From an uncultured Actinomycetota bacterium (GTDB taxonomy: Bacteria; Actinomycetota; Actinomycetes; JAFAQI01), in the NCBI GenBank assembly GCA_963770565.1, contig CAVYQE010000001.1:1024001-1088000 (forward strand): a DNA stretch of 64,000 bases, given 5' to 3'. The notes under the pieces are model-generated. The model was not told the origin of the DNA. It ran no database searches and saw only the letters and a list, made by a program, of their open reading frames with translations. Positions 49,433-59,553 of the stretch are shown here, in pieces (the stretch's first letter is position 1; each line of letters starts with the position of its first letter). The translations under genes were made by a program, and so were the position numbers.

Positions 49433-49470
49433 CTTGCTTATTGCGCCAAGTCTTCCTTACCGTACTAAGG

Positions 49471-50581
49471 GTGGGGTTGACGGAGCGCGAGCGCGAGATC
49501 GTGGAGTTGCTACGCCGCGACCCGCTGATCAGCTCCGAGGCAATCGCCGGCCTGCTCGGGACGTCTCGGGCATCGGTCAACGTCCACCTGTCGAACCTCG
49601 GTAAGAAGGGCGTCATCCTCGGCCGGGGCTACATCCTCGGCGAGCAGCCGGGCGTCGTGGTCATCGGTGGGTCGAACGTCGACATCAAGGCCCACAGCAC
49701 GGCGCGCGCGACGCCGAAGACCAGCAACCCCGGGCGGGCTTCGATGACGCCTGGTGGTGTCGGCCGCAACATCGCGGAGAACCTCGCGCGGCTCGGAGTT
49801 CGGACGTACCTGGTCAGCGCCGTAGGTCGCGACCCGTTGGGCGACAGTCTGTTGAGCGAGACGGTTGCGGCCGGAGTGCGCTGCGAGTACGTGCACCGAA
49901 CGGACCAGTCGACCGGCACCTACACCGCGGTTCTCGACTCTGACGGAGAGTTGCTGGTTGCGGTCTCTGACATGGCGGCGGTCGCTGCGATCGGGCCCGG
50001 GCACGTCAACGAGGCCCGGGACGTCATCGCGACGGCCGGCCTGCTCGTGCTCGACGGCAACCTTGCGGTCCCGGCGATCACCCATGCCCGCGACCTCGCG
50101 GCCGCAGCGAATGTGCGCGTCATCCTCGAGCCGGTCAGCGTGCCCAAGGCGACGGTGATCGCGTCGTGTATCTCGCGCGGACCAGCCGCTGTACGCCGTC
50201 ACCCCCAACCGCGACGAGCTCGCTGCCTTGACCGGCCTTCCCACCAAGACCGACCCGCAGATGCGGAAGGCGATCGCCCGCCTGCACGGACGCGGCGTCG
50301 ACCATGTCTGGGTGCGCCTCGGCGCCGGCGGCTCGCTGCTCAGTACGGCGTCGTCCGGTACGACGTTGCTGCCGGCCGGCGCCGCCACCGTCGAGGACGT
50401 GACCGGCGCCGGCGACGCGATGCTGGCCGCGTTCTGTTACGCCGTGCTCAACGGCAGCGACCCGGTCGACGGCGCGCGTTACGGTCAGGCCGCCGCGGTG
50501 CTCACCCTCGCCAGCCCCCACACGGTCCGCCCCGATCTCACCTCGCGGCTGATCGAGTCCGCGCTGACCTCGGCGCGCTGA
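49471..50581 (+). CDS. HTH-PfkB carbohydrate kinase (pseudouridine kinase-like), apparent frameshift near 50177
   Basis: N-terminal wHTH (LTEREREI…SRASVNVHLSNL), GGVGRNIAENL, then DVTGAGDA in the shifted frame; upstream of psuG. Confidence 0.8.
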
Positions 50582-50592
50582 GGAGAATCCCT

Positions 50593-51521
50593 GTGACGAC
50601 CCCGCATCCGTCCCTCATGTCCTCACCGACGAGGTGGCCAGAGCCTTACGCGACGGTGCTCCCGTCGTCGCGCTGGAGAGCACGATCATCAGTCACGGCA
50701 TGCCGTATCCGCAGAACGTCGAGATGGCCACCGGGGTCGAGCAGATCGTCCGGAGCCTCGGCGCGGTGCCGGCGACCATCGCCGTCCTGAGTGGCCGGCC
50801 ACGGATCGGCCTCGAGGCGGCGGACGTCGAACTGCTCGCGTCCAGCCCGGACGTCATGAAGGTGAGCGTCCGCGACCTTCCGGTCGTCATTGCAAGGGGC
50901 GGCCACGGCGCCACTACGGTGGCTGCGACGATGCGGCTGGCAGCGCTGGCCGGGATCCGGGTCTTCGTCACCGGCGGACTCGGCGGCGTACACCGCGGCG
51001 CGCAACAAAGTTTCGACGTCAGCGCCGATCTGACCGAGCTGTCCACGACCGATGTCGCGGTGATCTCCGCCGGCGTGAAGAGCATCCTCGACATCGGTCT
51101 CACCCTCGAGGCGCTGGAAACCCTGCGGGTGCCGGTCCTCGCCTATCGCACCGACGAGTTCCCGGCGTTCTTTTCACGGAGCAGTGGATGCCCGGCGCCG
51201 GCCCGCGCCGACACCCCGGAGGAGGTCGCCGCGGTCATGGCCACCAAGTGGGACCTCGGCATCGACGGCGGGATCGTGGTCGCCAACCCGATCCCCACCG
51301 CCGACGAGATCCCGGCCGAGAAGATCGACGCGATCATCGAGCGTGCGCTCGAAGACATGGACGCCGGCGGCATTCAGGGCAAGGAGGCCACCCCGTTCTT
51401 GCTCCGCCGGATCGTGGAGCTCACCGGCGGAGCCAGCCTCACCGCCAACATCGCGCTTGTGAACAACAACGCCCGACTCGGCGCCGAGATCGCCATCGCG
51501 TACGCCGCACTCACCCGCTGA
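50593..51521 (+). CDS. psuG: Pseudouridine-5'-phosphate glycosidase, apparent frameshift near 50617
   Basis: PVVALESTIISHGMPYPQN, ATTVAATM, TGGLGGVHRG, DVSADLTEL; RBS AGGAG before GTG 50593. Confidence 0.88.
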
Positions 51522-51605
51522 CACCGAAGCCTCGGAAGCCGCGACGTCTACTGAGCAGCGTTCGGAATTCCGAGCACCGGCAGGCATTCCTCAACGCTCT
51601 GGCGG

Positions 51606-52193
51606 TCAGTCGACGAGCGCGGTGCCGTAGACCGTGCAGTCGCTGTGCGCACCAAATGTCGAGGCGCGGTCAAACGCAAGGTCCAAAGTGATCGTCTTGC
51701 CGCTGAAGGTCGCGTACACCGCAGTGAGGCTGCCTTCGTTATGACCGGCGAGCATGCTGGCGGTGAATGCTGTGGACTCGTCGAAGTTGTATTGGGTCCC
51801 GTCACCCACGCCGCTCACATGAAACTCGCTGGCCGGCGCAGTCGCTTCGAGGGTGGGCGCCGTGCCCGTGCACCCGGCCTTGAGGACCAGACCGTCTGCG
51901 CTGAAGACGGTCCGAGCCGAGGTGTTCTGCGGTTCGGCGAAGAAGACCTTCCTGATCGTGAATCCGTTCACGGTGGCGGCCTTGGGGACGCTCCCGAGCG
52001 TCGACTCCCGGATCTGTGTCCCGGTCAACGAGTCTTTCCGGATCCGGTTGCCCGACAGCGAGTGCACCTTGATCAGCTTGTCGCCGCTGCTCCGATGGGC
52101 GGCGGCCGCCTCTGCCGATCCGGCGAATGCGATCACCACCGCCGCGACCGCGATGAGCGTCGCCGTCCGACGACCCGGGATCGAAACCTTCAT
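51606..52193 (-). CDS. Secreted hypothetical protein
   Basis: Signal peptide, SLSGNRIRKDSLTGTQIRESTL short repeats, GGAG RBS. Confidence 0.6.
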   Translation of the reverse strand: MKVSIPGRRTATLIAVAAVVIAFAGSAEAAAAHRSSGDKLIKVHSLSGNRIRKDSLTGTQIRESTLGSVPKAATVNGFTIRKVFFAEPQNTSARTVFSADGLVLKAGCTGTAPTLEATAPASEFHVSGVGDGTQYNFDESTAFTASMLAGHNEGSLTAVYATFSGKTITLDLAFDRASTFGAHSDCTVYGTALVD

Positions 52194-52287
52194 GGCTCCT
52201 CCTGTCACTCCGGCCAATCAGCCCGGCAGGCGCCGGCGCGGCGAGCGTTTCACTTTCGTTCTGGGTGCGCTACGGCAAGATGCGACT

Positions 52288-52905
52288 ATGCGGCACAGTC
52301 CTGAACACGCGACGAGCGACGTCGAGGTGGTTCGTCGCCTGATCCGCGAGAACCCGTGGGCGATCCTGGTCAGCAACAACGACGGTGATCTGGTCGCCTC
52401 GCACTACCCGATCCTGCTCGACGACGGGGCCGAGGACCTGACGGTGCTCACCCATGTCGGCCGGCCCGATGACAAGCTGCACGGGTTCGGGGAGCGGGAA
52501 GTCCTGTTGATCGTGCAGGCCCGCATCAACGGCTACATCTCGCCGAGCTGGTACGCGCCCGGTGCAATCCGCGCGCCAACGTGGAACTTCAGCGCCGCGC
52601 ATTGTTACGGCGTACCTCAGCTGCTCGACGAGGACGAAAACCTCGACGTGCTCGCCAGGCTGGTCGCCAACTTCGAGGCCCGAGTGGACGAACCGATGCT
52701 GCTGGATCCGTCCTGGGCTCGTCCGCTGGCCCGAGGCACGGTGGGCATCCGGCTCCCGATCACGCGCTTCGTGTGCAAGGTCAAGATGAGCCAGGACAAG
52801 GACCCGGTCACCCAACGTCAGGTGATCGCGGCCTTGCGAGCGCCCGGGCCGTTCCACAACTCCGAGCTCGCGGAGGAGATGGTGCGGACTCTGTACGGCG
52901 ACTAA
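52288..52905 (+). CDS. FMN-binding negative transcriptional regulator (PaiB-like)
   Basis: ASHYP, GYISPSWY…PTWNFSAAH, KMSQDK. Confidence 0.85.
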   Translation: MRHSPEHATSDVEVVRRLIRENPWAILVSNNDGDLVASHYPILLDDGAEDLTVLTHVGRPDDKLHGFGEREVLLIVQARINGYISPSWYAPGAIRAPTWNFSAAHCYGVPQLLDEDENLDVLARLVANFEARVDEPMLLDPSWARPLARGTVGIRLPITRFVCKVKMSQDKDPVTQRQVIAALRAPGPFHNSELAEEMVRTLYGD

Positions 52906-52939
52906 GTGTGAGGGTTTGGCCGAGACCTAGGCTCGGTCC

Positions 52940-53548
52940 ATGGCGATGAACCCCGATCAGTTCTATCAACATGCGCTGGCTGCTGCGGACACTGACCGTC
53001 GCTTGCCGCTGTCGCGGATGACGGGTTGGGAGATCAGCCCGTTCGAGCCGGATGGTCTGCGGGTTTCTCCGTTGCGCCCGCCCGTTCTGCCGGAGCCCGC
53101 GCGACAGGGTGAGGACCCGTCCGACTGCCACTCGTGTCGTCGCCGCGACGAAGGCATCTGGCTCGACGAGCACTGGCGGATGACCCGGATCCCCGGTGTC
53201 GGCGTGCCGTTGGTGCTCATGCTGCACCCGCGCGACCACTACGACCTCGGCGACCTTCCTGATGAGATGGCTGCCGAGCTCGGCGTGCTGACCGCGCAGG
53301 TTGCTCGGCACATCGAGCGGTTGCCGAACGTCTCGCGCGCGCATGTCTACCGGATCGGGGATGGCGGTGCGCACCTGCACGTCTGGTTCTTCGCCCGGCC
53401 CGAAGGGCAGGCCCAGCTCTACGGATCGTGGCTGGTCGTGTGGGACGACCTGCTGCCGGAGTACCCGGCCGATCCCGCGGACCACGATGCGAGAGTCGTG
53501 GCCGAAGCACTGGCTGCCTCCTACGGCGGCACCACCTCGGCGCACTGA
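52940..53548 (+). CDS. HIT-like family protein
   Basis: C-x-x-C, GDGGAHLHVWFFARP. Confidence 0.7.
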   Translation: MAMNPDQFYQHALAAADTDRRLPLSRMTGWEISPFEPDGLRVSPLRPPVLPEPARQGEDPSDCHSCRRRDEGIWLDEHWRMTRIPGVGVPLVLMLHPRDHYDLGDLPDEMAAELGVLTAQVARHIERLPNVSRAHVYRIGDGGAHLHVWFFARPEGQAQLYGSWLVVWDDLLPEYPADPADHDARVVAEALAASYGGTTSAH

Positions 53549-53560
53549 AGCCTCAGCTCG

Positions 53561-54301
53561 TCAGGAGGGCCACGGATTCGCTGCCTGGCGCCGATGCCAC
53601 CGCTGTCCGCCGTCGGTGGAGCGGTATATCCAGGTCGCGAGCGGAGCGGTATCACTTCCCGGTGGCAACGCGTCTCCGGTCGCCCGGACGATGATCCCGT
53701 TGCCGACAACGCGGAGGCTGAGAACGCCGCCGGGAAACAACGCCTGGACCCAATGCCGGCCGAGGTCGCCGGACGTCTTGACCAGATTGCCGGTTTGACC
53801 CCACGCGATCAGGGTGGCGTTGGCCAATGACACGAGCTGAGTCGTCGTACCTGGTCCGTCGGCCCCCGCGTGGTAGAACTGCGGTCCGTCGACGCTCCAT
53901 GACCGGCCGCCGTCGCGGCTCAGGGCCGGGTAGGCGAATCCGAAGAGCGTCCCTTGATCCGCCAGACCAGCGTCCACGCCGGCACCCAGATCGACCCTGG
54001 AGCGGATGTCTCGCGAAGGGACCGTTGTGCCCGGTGGCAGCCAGGCCAGCCCGCCGCCCGGATCGGTCGCCGGGTCGGGAGTGGCCACGATCGTCTTCGG
54101 GAAGCCGAGCGTGCCCGGCGGCAGCGTGCGCTCCAGCCGAGCGAGGTTCGCGGGTGGCGGCGAGGCGGTCCGGCTGTCGACCGGCGAGGCGACCGAGGGC
54201 GTTGACGGCGGGCCGGCTCCCCGTGCGCGGGGACTGCTTGAGCAGCCGCTGATGATGACGGCGACGACAACCGCCGCGCTCGCGACGCATCGGCGGCCCA
54301 C
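53561..54301 (-). CDS. Putative lipoprotein with Asp-box (BNR) motifs
   Basis: IISGC lipobox; SRDGGRSW, SGDLGRHW, STDGGQRW; start uncertain. Confidence 0.55.
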   Translation of the reverse strand: MGRRCVASAAVVVAVIISGCSSSPRARGAGPPSTPSVASPVDSRTASPPPANLARLERTLPPGTLGFPKTIVATPDPATDPGGGLAWLPPGTTVPSRDIRSRVDLGAGVDAGLADQGTLFGFAYPALSRDGGRSWSVDGPQFYHAGADGPGTTTQLVSLANATLIAWGQTGNLVKTSGDLGRHWVQALFPGGVLSLRVVGNGIIVRATGDALPPGSDTAPLATWIYRSTDGGQRWHRRQAANPWPS

Positions 54302-54371
54302 GCTAGGTAGACGGGGCTTGTGGCGTGCTGGTTGGTGACCCGACCGCGAGCGGGCGTGACAGGGTGTCGTC

Positions 54372-54734
54372 GTGCAGGTGAAGGGGATCGTGTTCGTCGG
54401 TACGGCGACACCCGCGCGCCCGGAGATGTCGCGGTTCGTCCGCGAGGTCCTCGGGCTCACGCCCGGCCACGTCGAGGGGATCGAGGCGGATCTGTTCGAC
54501 CTGCCGGACGGCTCGTCCCTAGTGGTCGCTTCCGTGGACGGGATCGGCGACACCGAGCGCAGCGTCGGCTTCCTCGTCGATGACGTCGAAGCCGGTGCGG
54601 GCGAGTTACGAGCCGCGGGCACCCGCGTCGACGCCGAGATCTCATCGAACGCGCGGTACCGCTACGTCCACTTCTGGGCGCCCGACGGGCAGATCTACGA
54701 GCTCGTCGAGGAGATCGGTCGCACGACGGCGTAG
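54372..54734 (+). CDS. VOC/glyoxalase family protein
   Basis: FVREVLGL, GFLVDDV, HFWAPDGQIYEL. Confidence 0.82.
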   Translation: MQVKGIVFVGTATPARPEMSRFVREVLGLTPGHVEGIEADLFDLPDGSSLVVASVDGIGDTERSVGFLVDDVEAGAGELRAAGTRVDAEISSNARYRYVHFWAPDGQIYELVEEIGRTTA

Positions 54735-54738
54735 GCCG

Positions 54739-55035
54739 TTAGGCCCGGTCGACCTCGGTGAAGTGCTCGACGACCGGGAACGGGTCGTAGAAGTGGTGCA
54801 GCATCGAACGCCACTCCTGGAACTCGGGCGAGCCGCGAAACCCCTCGGTGTGGTCCTCGAGCGTCTGCCACTGCACCAGCAGCAAGTAGTTGCTCGGCCG
54901 CTCGATGCACCGCGACAGCGTGAGCCCGATGAAGCCGGGCATGGCGCTGATGATCAGCTTCGCCCGCCCGAACGCCTCCTCGAACTCGGCTTCGCGGCCA
55001 GGAAGGACGGGCAGCTCTGCGCGCTCGGTGATCAT
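54739..55035 (-). CDS. Antibiotic biosynthesis monooxygenase (ABM) family protein
   Basis: PGREAEFEEAF, YLLLVQWQTLEDHTEGFRGS. Confidence 0.85.
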   Translation of the reverse strand: MITERAELPVLPGREAEFEEAFGRAKLIISAMPGFIGLTLSRCIERPSNYLLLVQWQTLEDHTEGFRGSPEFQEWRSMLHHFYDPFPVVEHFTEVDRA

Positions 55036-55113
55036 GAGCGCAAGATATCGACCGGCCTCCACCGGTACGGACTCAGAGGCAATCTTTGGCCTCGTCAGGG
55101 AGTCTTTGCCCTT

Positions 55114-55647
55114 GTGAGGGACCAGCGCCCCGACGACTTCGCGGTCTTCGTCGCCGACTCGGCCACCGACCTTGCGCGGCTGGCCAGGGTGCTGTCCTCG
55201 GATCCCGCGTCGGCCGAGGATCTCCTTCAGTCAACCTTGCTCCGGGTATGGCGGTCCTGGCCGAAGGTACGAGCCGCGGACCATCCTCCGGCATACGCCC
55301 GCCGGATCATGGTCAACGTCGCGACCTCGGGCTGGCGTCGTCGATGGCGGGCCGAGATCCCGACCGAGCGCCTCCCGGAGCCCTCGGTGGGCGACCAGCA
55401 GCACGCCGTGGCCGATCGCGACTGGCTGATCAGAGCGGTCCGCGACCTGCCGGCCCGGCAGCGCGCGGCGATCGTCCTGCGCTACTTCGTCGACCTTGAC
55501 GACGCCGCTATTGCCGACCAGCTCGGCTGCTCCGTTGCCACGGTTCGCAGCCAGATCAGCCGTGCCTTGGACCGTTTGCGAGTGACCGGGTCCGATTCAG
55601 CGGCAACCGGAGGTGATGACGATCGTGACCATGTACACCGAGCATGA
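55114..55647 (+). CDS. SigE-family ECF sigma factor
   Basis: AEDLLQSTL…W, AYARRIMVN, LPARQRAAIVLRYF…TVRSQISRAL. Confidence 0.88.
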   Translation: MRDQRPDDFAVFVADSATDLARLARVLSSDPASAEDLLQSTLLRVWRSWPKVRAADHPPAYARRIMVNVATSGWRRRWRAEIPTERLPEPSVGDQQHAVADRDWLIRAVRDLPARQRAAIVLRYFVDLDDAAIADQLGCSVATVRSQISRALDRLRVTGSDSAATGGDDDRDHVHRA

Positions 55648-56404
55648 CCTGCGGCGGGCGCTGTCCGCGGAAGCGGCCGCCGCCGAGGCGCGAAGCGACT
55701 CGCTGTGGGATCAGTTGCGTGCCCGTCGGGCCCGGCAGCGCCGGCGCCAGGCGGTCGCGGCGACCCTTTCGGTGCTCGCCGTCGGGGGCGCCGTCCTCGG
55801 CATCGCGGTCGTGGGGCGACCAGCTCGCATCGGGCCGTCGGCGCAGCCGTCGTACCAGCGGATCTGCGCCCATGAGCCGGACGTGTGCGTGCGGGTCGAG
55901 AAGGGGACCTTGCCGGCCGGGCTGACCCGCCCGCTGCACCTTCCCCGGCTCGCGCCCGGCGCACGCTGCCCGGTGACCACGGGGCGCGACAGCACAACTC
56001 GCTACGTCGGTGGGCTCATGTTCGGCGACACTCCGGTCCAGATGATCTTCGGCGATCGGGGCGATCCGGCTCGCGGGCTCGTCGAACTCGGCGCTCCCGA
56101 GCAGACGTCCTGGCTCGCGGCCGAGAATTCGTTACTCATCAGTCCCGACTATCGGGGTCCCGTCCTCCTTCGGGGCCGTCGGCTGGACAGTCCTGGTACC
56201 GCGTTCTTCGACGGCTCGACCGTGAGCTCTTATGTGGACCCGCCGCACGATGCGAACACGCAGAGCGATGGTTCGCGGACGCCACCGGCCAGCGTCTTCG
56301 TGCGCTCCGCCGGTTGTTACGGCTTCCAGATCGACGGGACGACCTTCAGTGAAACCATCGTGGTGGATCTGACCGCGCCATCGCACAGGACGCGCTCTGC
56401 TTAG
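55613..56404 (+). CDS. Membrane-anchored protein, probable anti-sigma partner
   Basis: Overlaps the sigma gene; EHDLRRAL…RRRR plus TM helix; AGCYGFQIDG C-terminus; start uncertain. Confidence 0.6.
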   Translation: MMTIVTMYTEHDLRRALSAEAAAAEARSDSLWDQLRARRARQRRRQAVAATLSVLAVGGAVLGIAVVGRPARIGPSAQPSYQRICAHEPDVCVRVEKGTLPAGLTRPLHLPRLAPGARCPVTTGRDSTTRYVGGLMFGDTPVQMIFGDRGDPARGLVELGAPEQTSWLAAENSLLISPDYRGPVLLRGRRLDSPGTAFFDGSTVSSYVDPPHDANTQSDGSRTPPASVFVRSAGCYGFQIDGTTFSETIVVDLTAPSHRTRSA

Positions 56405-57120
56405 CGCGGCGTCGGCACCTTGGGGCCGTTGACGCCCCAGTAGATCAGCCGGATCATCGCGTCGCGGACGTGGGCGAAGGAGATGTCCCAGGCTTCGAAC
56501 CCGCCCTGGTGGCCGGCCATCTGAGGCAACATGCCGATCAAGGACCCGGCCATCGCCATCGGGTCGACCTCGCAGTCCTTGCCTTGCACCGCCTCGATCT
56601 CCGCGGCCAGCGCCTTGGTCATCCCGTTCAGCATCACCACGCGGGTGTGCCGGAACCGCTTGTCACCCTCGGTCGAGAGCAGGTCGATGACCCGCAGCGT
56701 CGGTCGGTGCGTCCGCCAGAATTCGATGAACGCGTCGACCAGCCGCTCGGCGCTCGCGACCCCGGCGGCGCCTTTCCACGGCTGCCCGGCGATCAGCGCG
56801 ACGAGCGCCTGGCCTTCCTCGGCGGTGCGCTCGGCGACGGCGAGCAACACCGTCTCGAGATCGACGAAGTACTGGTAGAAGGTGGCCGGTGAGGTGCCCG
56901 CCGCCCGGGTGATGTCGGTGATCTTCAGATCCCGGTACGGCGTACTGCTCAGCAACTCGATCGTGCAGTCGAGCAACCGTTGGCGGGTGGCCAGGCCGCG
57001 TCGTCCGGGCACCCGGCCGTCGACCGCTCGGAGCGGGGGCGCCGACCGCTTGCTCCGCGGAGTTGACGGGGCGTCAGATTTCGGCACGGTCGCGATCGTA
57101 GTCGCTGGACGGCGGGTCAT
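56401..57120 (-). CDS. TetR family transcriptional regulator
   Basis: TRQRLLD…ITDITRAAGTSPATFYQYF. Confidence 0.9.
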   Translation of the reverse strand: MTRRPATTIATVPKSDAPSTPRSKRSAPPLRAVDGRVPGRRGLATRQRLLDCTIELLSSTPYRDLKITDITRAAGTSPATFYQYFVDLETVLLAVAERTAEEGQALVALIAGQPWKGAAGVASAERLVDAFIEFWRTHRPTLRVIDLLSTEGDKRFRHTRVVMLNGMTKALAAEIEAVQGKDCEVDPMAMAGSLIGMLPQMAGHQGGFEAWDISFAHVRDAMIRLIYWGVNGPKVPTPR

Positions 57121-57863
57121 GGCTCGAGTGCCAACAGGAACGGCGGCGGCTCGCCGCCACCGTGTACGGCGAGGTCGGCGCCGGTCACGAAGGCCGCTTC
57201 GGGCGAGGCCAGGAACAGGCAGGCTTGGGCCACGTCGTGCGGCTGGACCAGGCGGTTCATCGGGATCGTGTCCACCACCACCTCGAATGCCTGGTCGCTT
57301 CCGTAGTGAAGCGCGGTCTGCTCGGTCTCGAGATAGCCGACCGTGACGATGTTGACCCGGACCTTCGGCGCCCACTCCATCGCGAGGGTCGTGGTGAGGT
57401 TGGCAAGCCCCGCCTTGGCCGCGCCGTACGCCGCAGTGCCGGGGGAGGGCCGATGGCCGGACAGGCTGCCGATGTTGATGATCGAGCCGCCGTCCGTCTG
57501 CCCCTGCATGACCCGATTCGCGGCCTGCGCGACGTAGAACGGCGCGAGCAGGTTGAGCGCGACGACCTTCTCGACGAAGTGCGGCGAGACCTCGGCCGAG
57601 GATGACGGTGGCGACCCGCCGGCGTTGTTGATCACCAGGTCGAGCCGGCCGAATCGACTCACGGTGGCCTCGACCACGCCGGCCGCAGCCGCCGGATCAC
57701 GAAGGTCGGCGGTCACGAAGGCCTCGAACGGCTCGGCCGGAGCGTGGCGGGCGCACGTCATCACGTCGGCGCCAGCGGCCCGGAACTCCTGTACAAGCCC
57801 ACGCCCGAGGCCCTTCGTGCCACCGGTGATCAGGACGACGCGGCCACTCAGGTCGACGCTCAC
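57117..57863 (-). CDS. SDR oxidoreductase (Rv3549c-like)
   Basis: ITGGTKGLG, NNAGGSP, YGAAKAG; divergent from echA20. Confidence 0.88.
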   Translation of the reverse strand: MSVDLSGRVVLITGGTKGLGRGLVQEFRAAGADVMTCARHAPAEPFEAFVTADLRDPAAAAGVVEATVSRFGRLDLVINNAGGSPPSSSAEVSPHFVEKVVALNLLAPFYVAQAANRVMQGQTDGGSIINIGSLSGHRPSPGTAAYGAAKAGLANLTTTLAMEWAPKVRVNIVTVGYLETEQTALHYGSDQAFEVVVDTIPMNRLVQPHDVAQACLFLASPEAAFVTGADLAVHGGGEPPPFLLALEP

Positions 57864-57911
57864 CGGTTCATCGTCGCAAAGCCCGCCTCAGGTGGCAGGA
57901 TTGGCGCGCAG

Positions 57912-57932
57912 GAATCTGACGCCACATCAGAA
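57912..57932. promoter_or_regulatory. Operator-like TCTGAC-N5-ATCAGA upstream of echA20
   Basis: GAATCTGACGCCACATCAGAA, one mismatch to the 47994 palindrome core. Confidence 0.55.
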
Positions 57933-57940
57933 AGGCCATC

Positions 57941-58711
57941 GTGGGGATCACGACCGACGTCACCGACCACATCGCGGAGGTGGTCGTCGATGTGCCGCCG
58001 GTCAATGCGCTGCCGGTCGCCGGTTGGTTCGAGCTGGCCGACGCGCTGACCGCCGCGGGTCGGAATCCCGACGTGCGGGTGGTCGTGCTTGCAGCCGAGG
58101 GCAAGGGCTTCAACGCCGGCGTCGACATCAAGGAGATGCAGTCGACCGACGGTTTCACAGCCCTCGTCGGCGCCAATCAGGGGTGCGCGGCGGCGTTCGC
58201 GGCGGTCTATGACTGCGCGGTTCCGGTCATCGCGGCAGTGCAGGGCTACTGCCTCGGTGGCGGCATCGGCTTGGCCGGCAACGCCGACCTGATCGTCGCC
58301 TCGGACGACGCGACCTTCGGCCTGCCCGAGGTCAAGCAGGGTGCGCTCGGCGCCGCGACCCACCTCGCCCGCTTGGTGCCGCAGCAGCGGATGCGGCACC
58401 TCGTCTACACCGCCGAGCACGCGACCGCGCAGGAGCTGGCGTCGTACGGCACGGTGCTCACCGTCGTGCCCCGCGAGCAGCTGCGGATGGCGGCCCGGGT
58501 GGTGGCGGCGCAGATCGCCGCGATGGACCCCACCGTGATCCGCGCCGCGAAGGCATCGCTCAACGGCATCGACCCGGTCGACGTCAAGCGGTCGTACCGG
58601 TTCGAGCAGGGCTTCACCTTCGAGCTCAACCTGACCGGCGTCTCCGACCAGGCCCGCGATGCGTTCGTCGACCGGCGCGACCGGTGGGCGGCGGACCCTC
58701 CCGATGCCTGA
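57941..58711 (+). CDS. echA20: Enoyl-CoA hydratase of steroid C/D-ring (HIP) catabolism
   Basis: PPVNAL, FNAGVDIKEMQ, GALGAATHLARLVP, SYRFEQGFTFELNL; synteny with ipdAB. Confidence 0.8.
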   Translation: MGITTDVTDHIAEVVVDVPPVNALPVAGWFELADALTAAGRNPDVRVVVLAAEGKGFNAGVDIKEMQSTDGFTALVGANQGCAAAFAAVYDCAVPVIAAVQGYCLGGGIGLAGNADLIVASDDATFGLPEVKQGALGAATHLARLVPQQRMRHLVYTAEHATAQELASYGTVLTVVPREQLRMAARVVAAQIAAMDPTVIRAAKASLNGIDPVDVKRSYRFEQGFTFELNLTGVSDQARDAFVDRRDRWAADPPDA

Positions 58712-59553
58712 CAAACGGATGACCGTCGATGAGATCGTCGGCGAGCTGCGTGACGGCATGACGATCGGAATCGGCGGGTGGGGGTCTCGGCGCAAGCCGA
58801 TGACGTTGGTGCGGGCGATGCTTCGGTCGGCGCTCACCGACCTGACCGTCGTGTCGTACGGCGGGCCCGACGTCGGCATGTTGTGCGCCGCGGGCAAGGT
58901 GCGCAAGGTGGTCTTCGCGTTCGTGTCGTTGGACTCGATCGCGCTCGAGCCGCACTTCCGGGTCGCGCGGCAGAACGGTGCGGTCGACTCGCTCGAGCTC
59001 GACGAGGGGATGTTGCTCCTCGGTCTGCAAGCGGCTGCGTGGCGGGTGCCGTTCCTGCCGACCCGGGCCGGGCTCGGCTCCGACGTGGTCGAGAAGCAGG
59101 CCGAGATCCGAACCGTCACCTCGCCGTACGACGACGGCGAGACGCTGGCGGCGATGCCGGCCTTGCCCCTCGACGTCGCACTCGTGCATCAGAACCGGGC
59201 CGACGCGGCCGGCAACGCGCAGTTCCTCGGCCCGGACCTGTACTTCGACGACCTGATTTGCCAGGCCGCGATCGCGTTCGTTCGTGAGCTGCGAGCGACT
59301 GGTCGACACCGCTGACTTCGTCAAGGCCGGATCGCACCACACCCAGCGGATCAGCCGGCTCTGGACCGACGGGGTGGTCGAGACGCCGAACGGCGCCCAC
59401 TTCACGTCGTGCGCGCCCGACTACGAGCGCGACGAGGAGTTCCAAACGGAGTACGCCGCGTCCGCAGCATCGCCGGAGGCGTGGCAGCAGTGGCGGGCCG
59501 ACTGGGTCGACCTCAGCGAGGTCGACTACCAGCGGAAGGTCGCGGCCCGCTGA
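58704..59553 (+). CDS. ipdA: CoA-transferase-like subunit A, apparent frameshift near 59275
   Basis: GMTIGIGGWGSRRKPM, FVSLDSI, PTRAGLGSD, GPDLYFDDL; continues SCERLV…GAHFTSC in the shifted frame. Confidence 0.8.
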
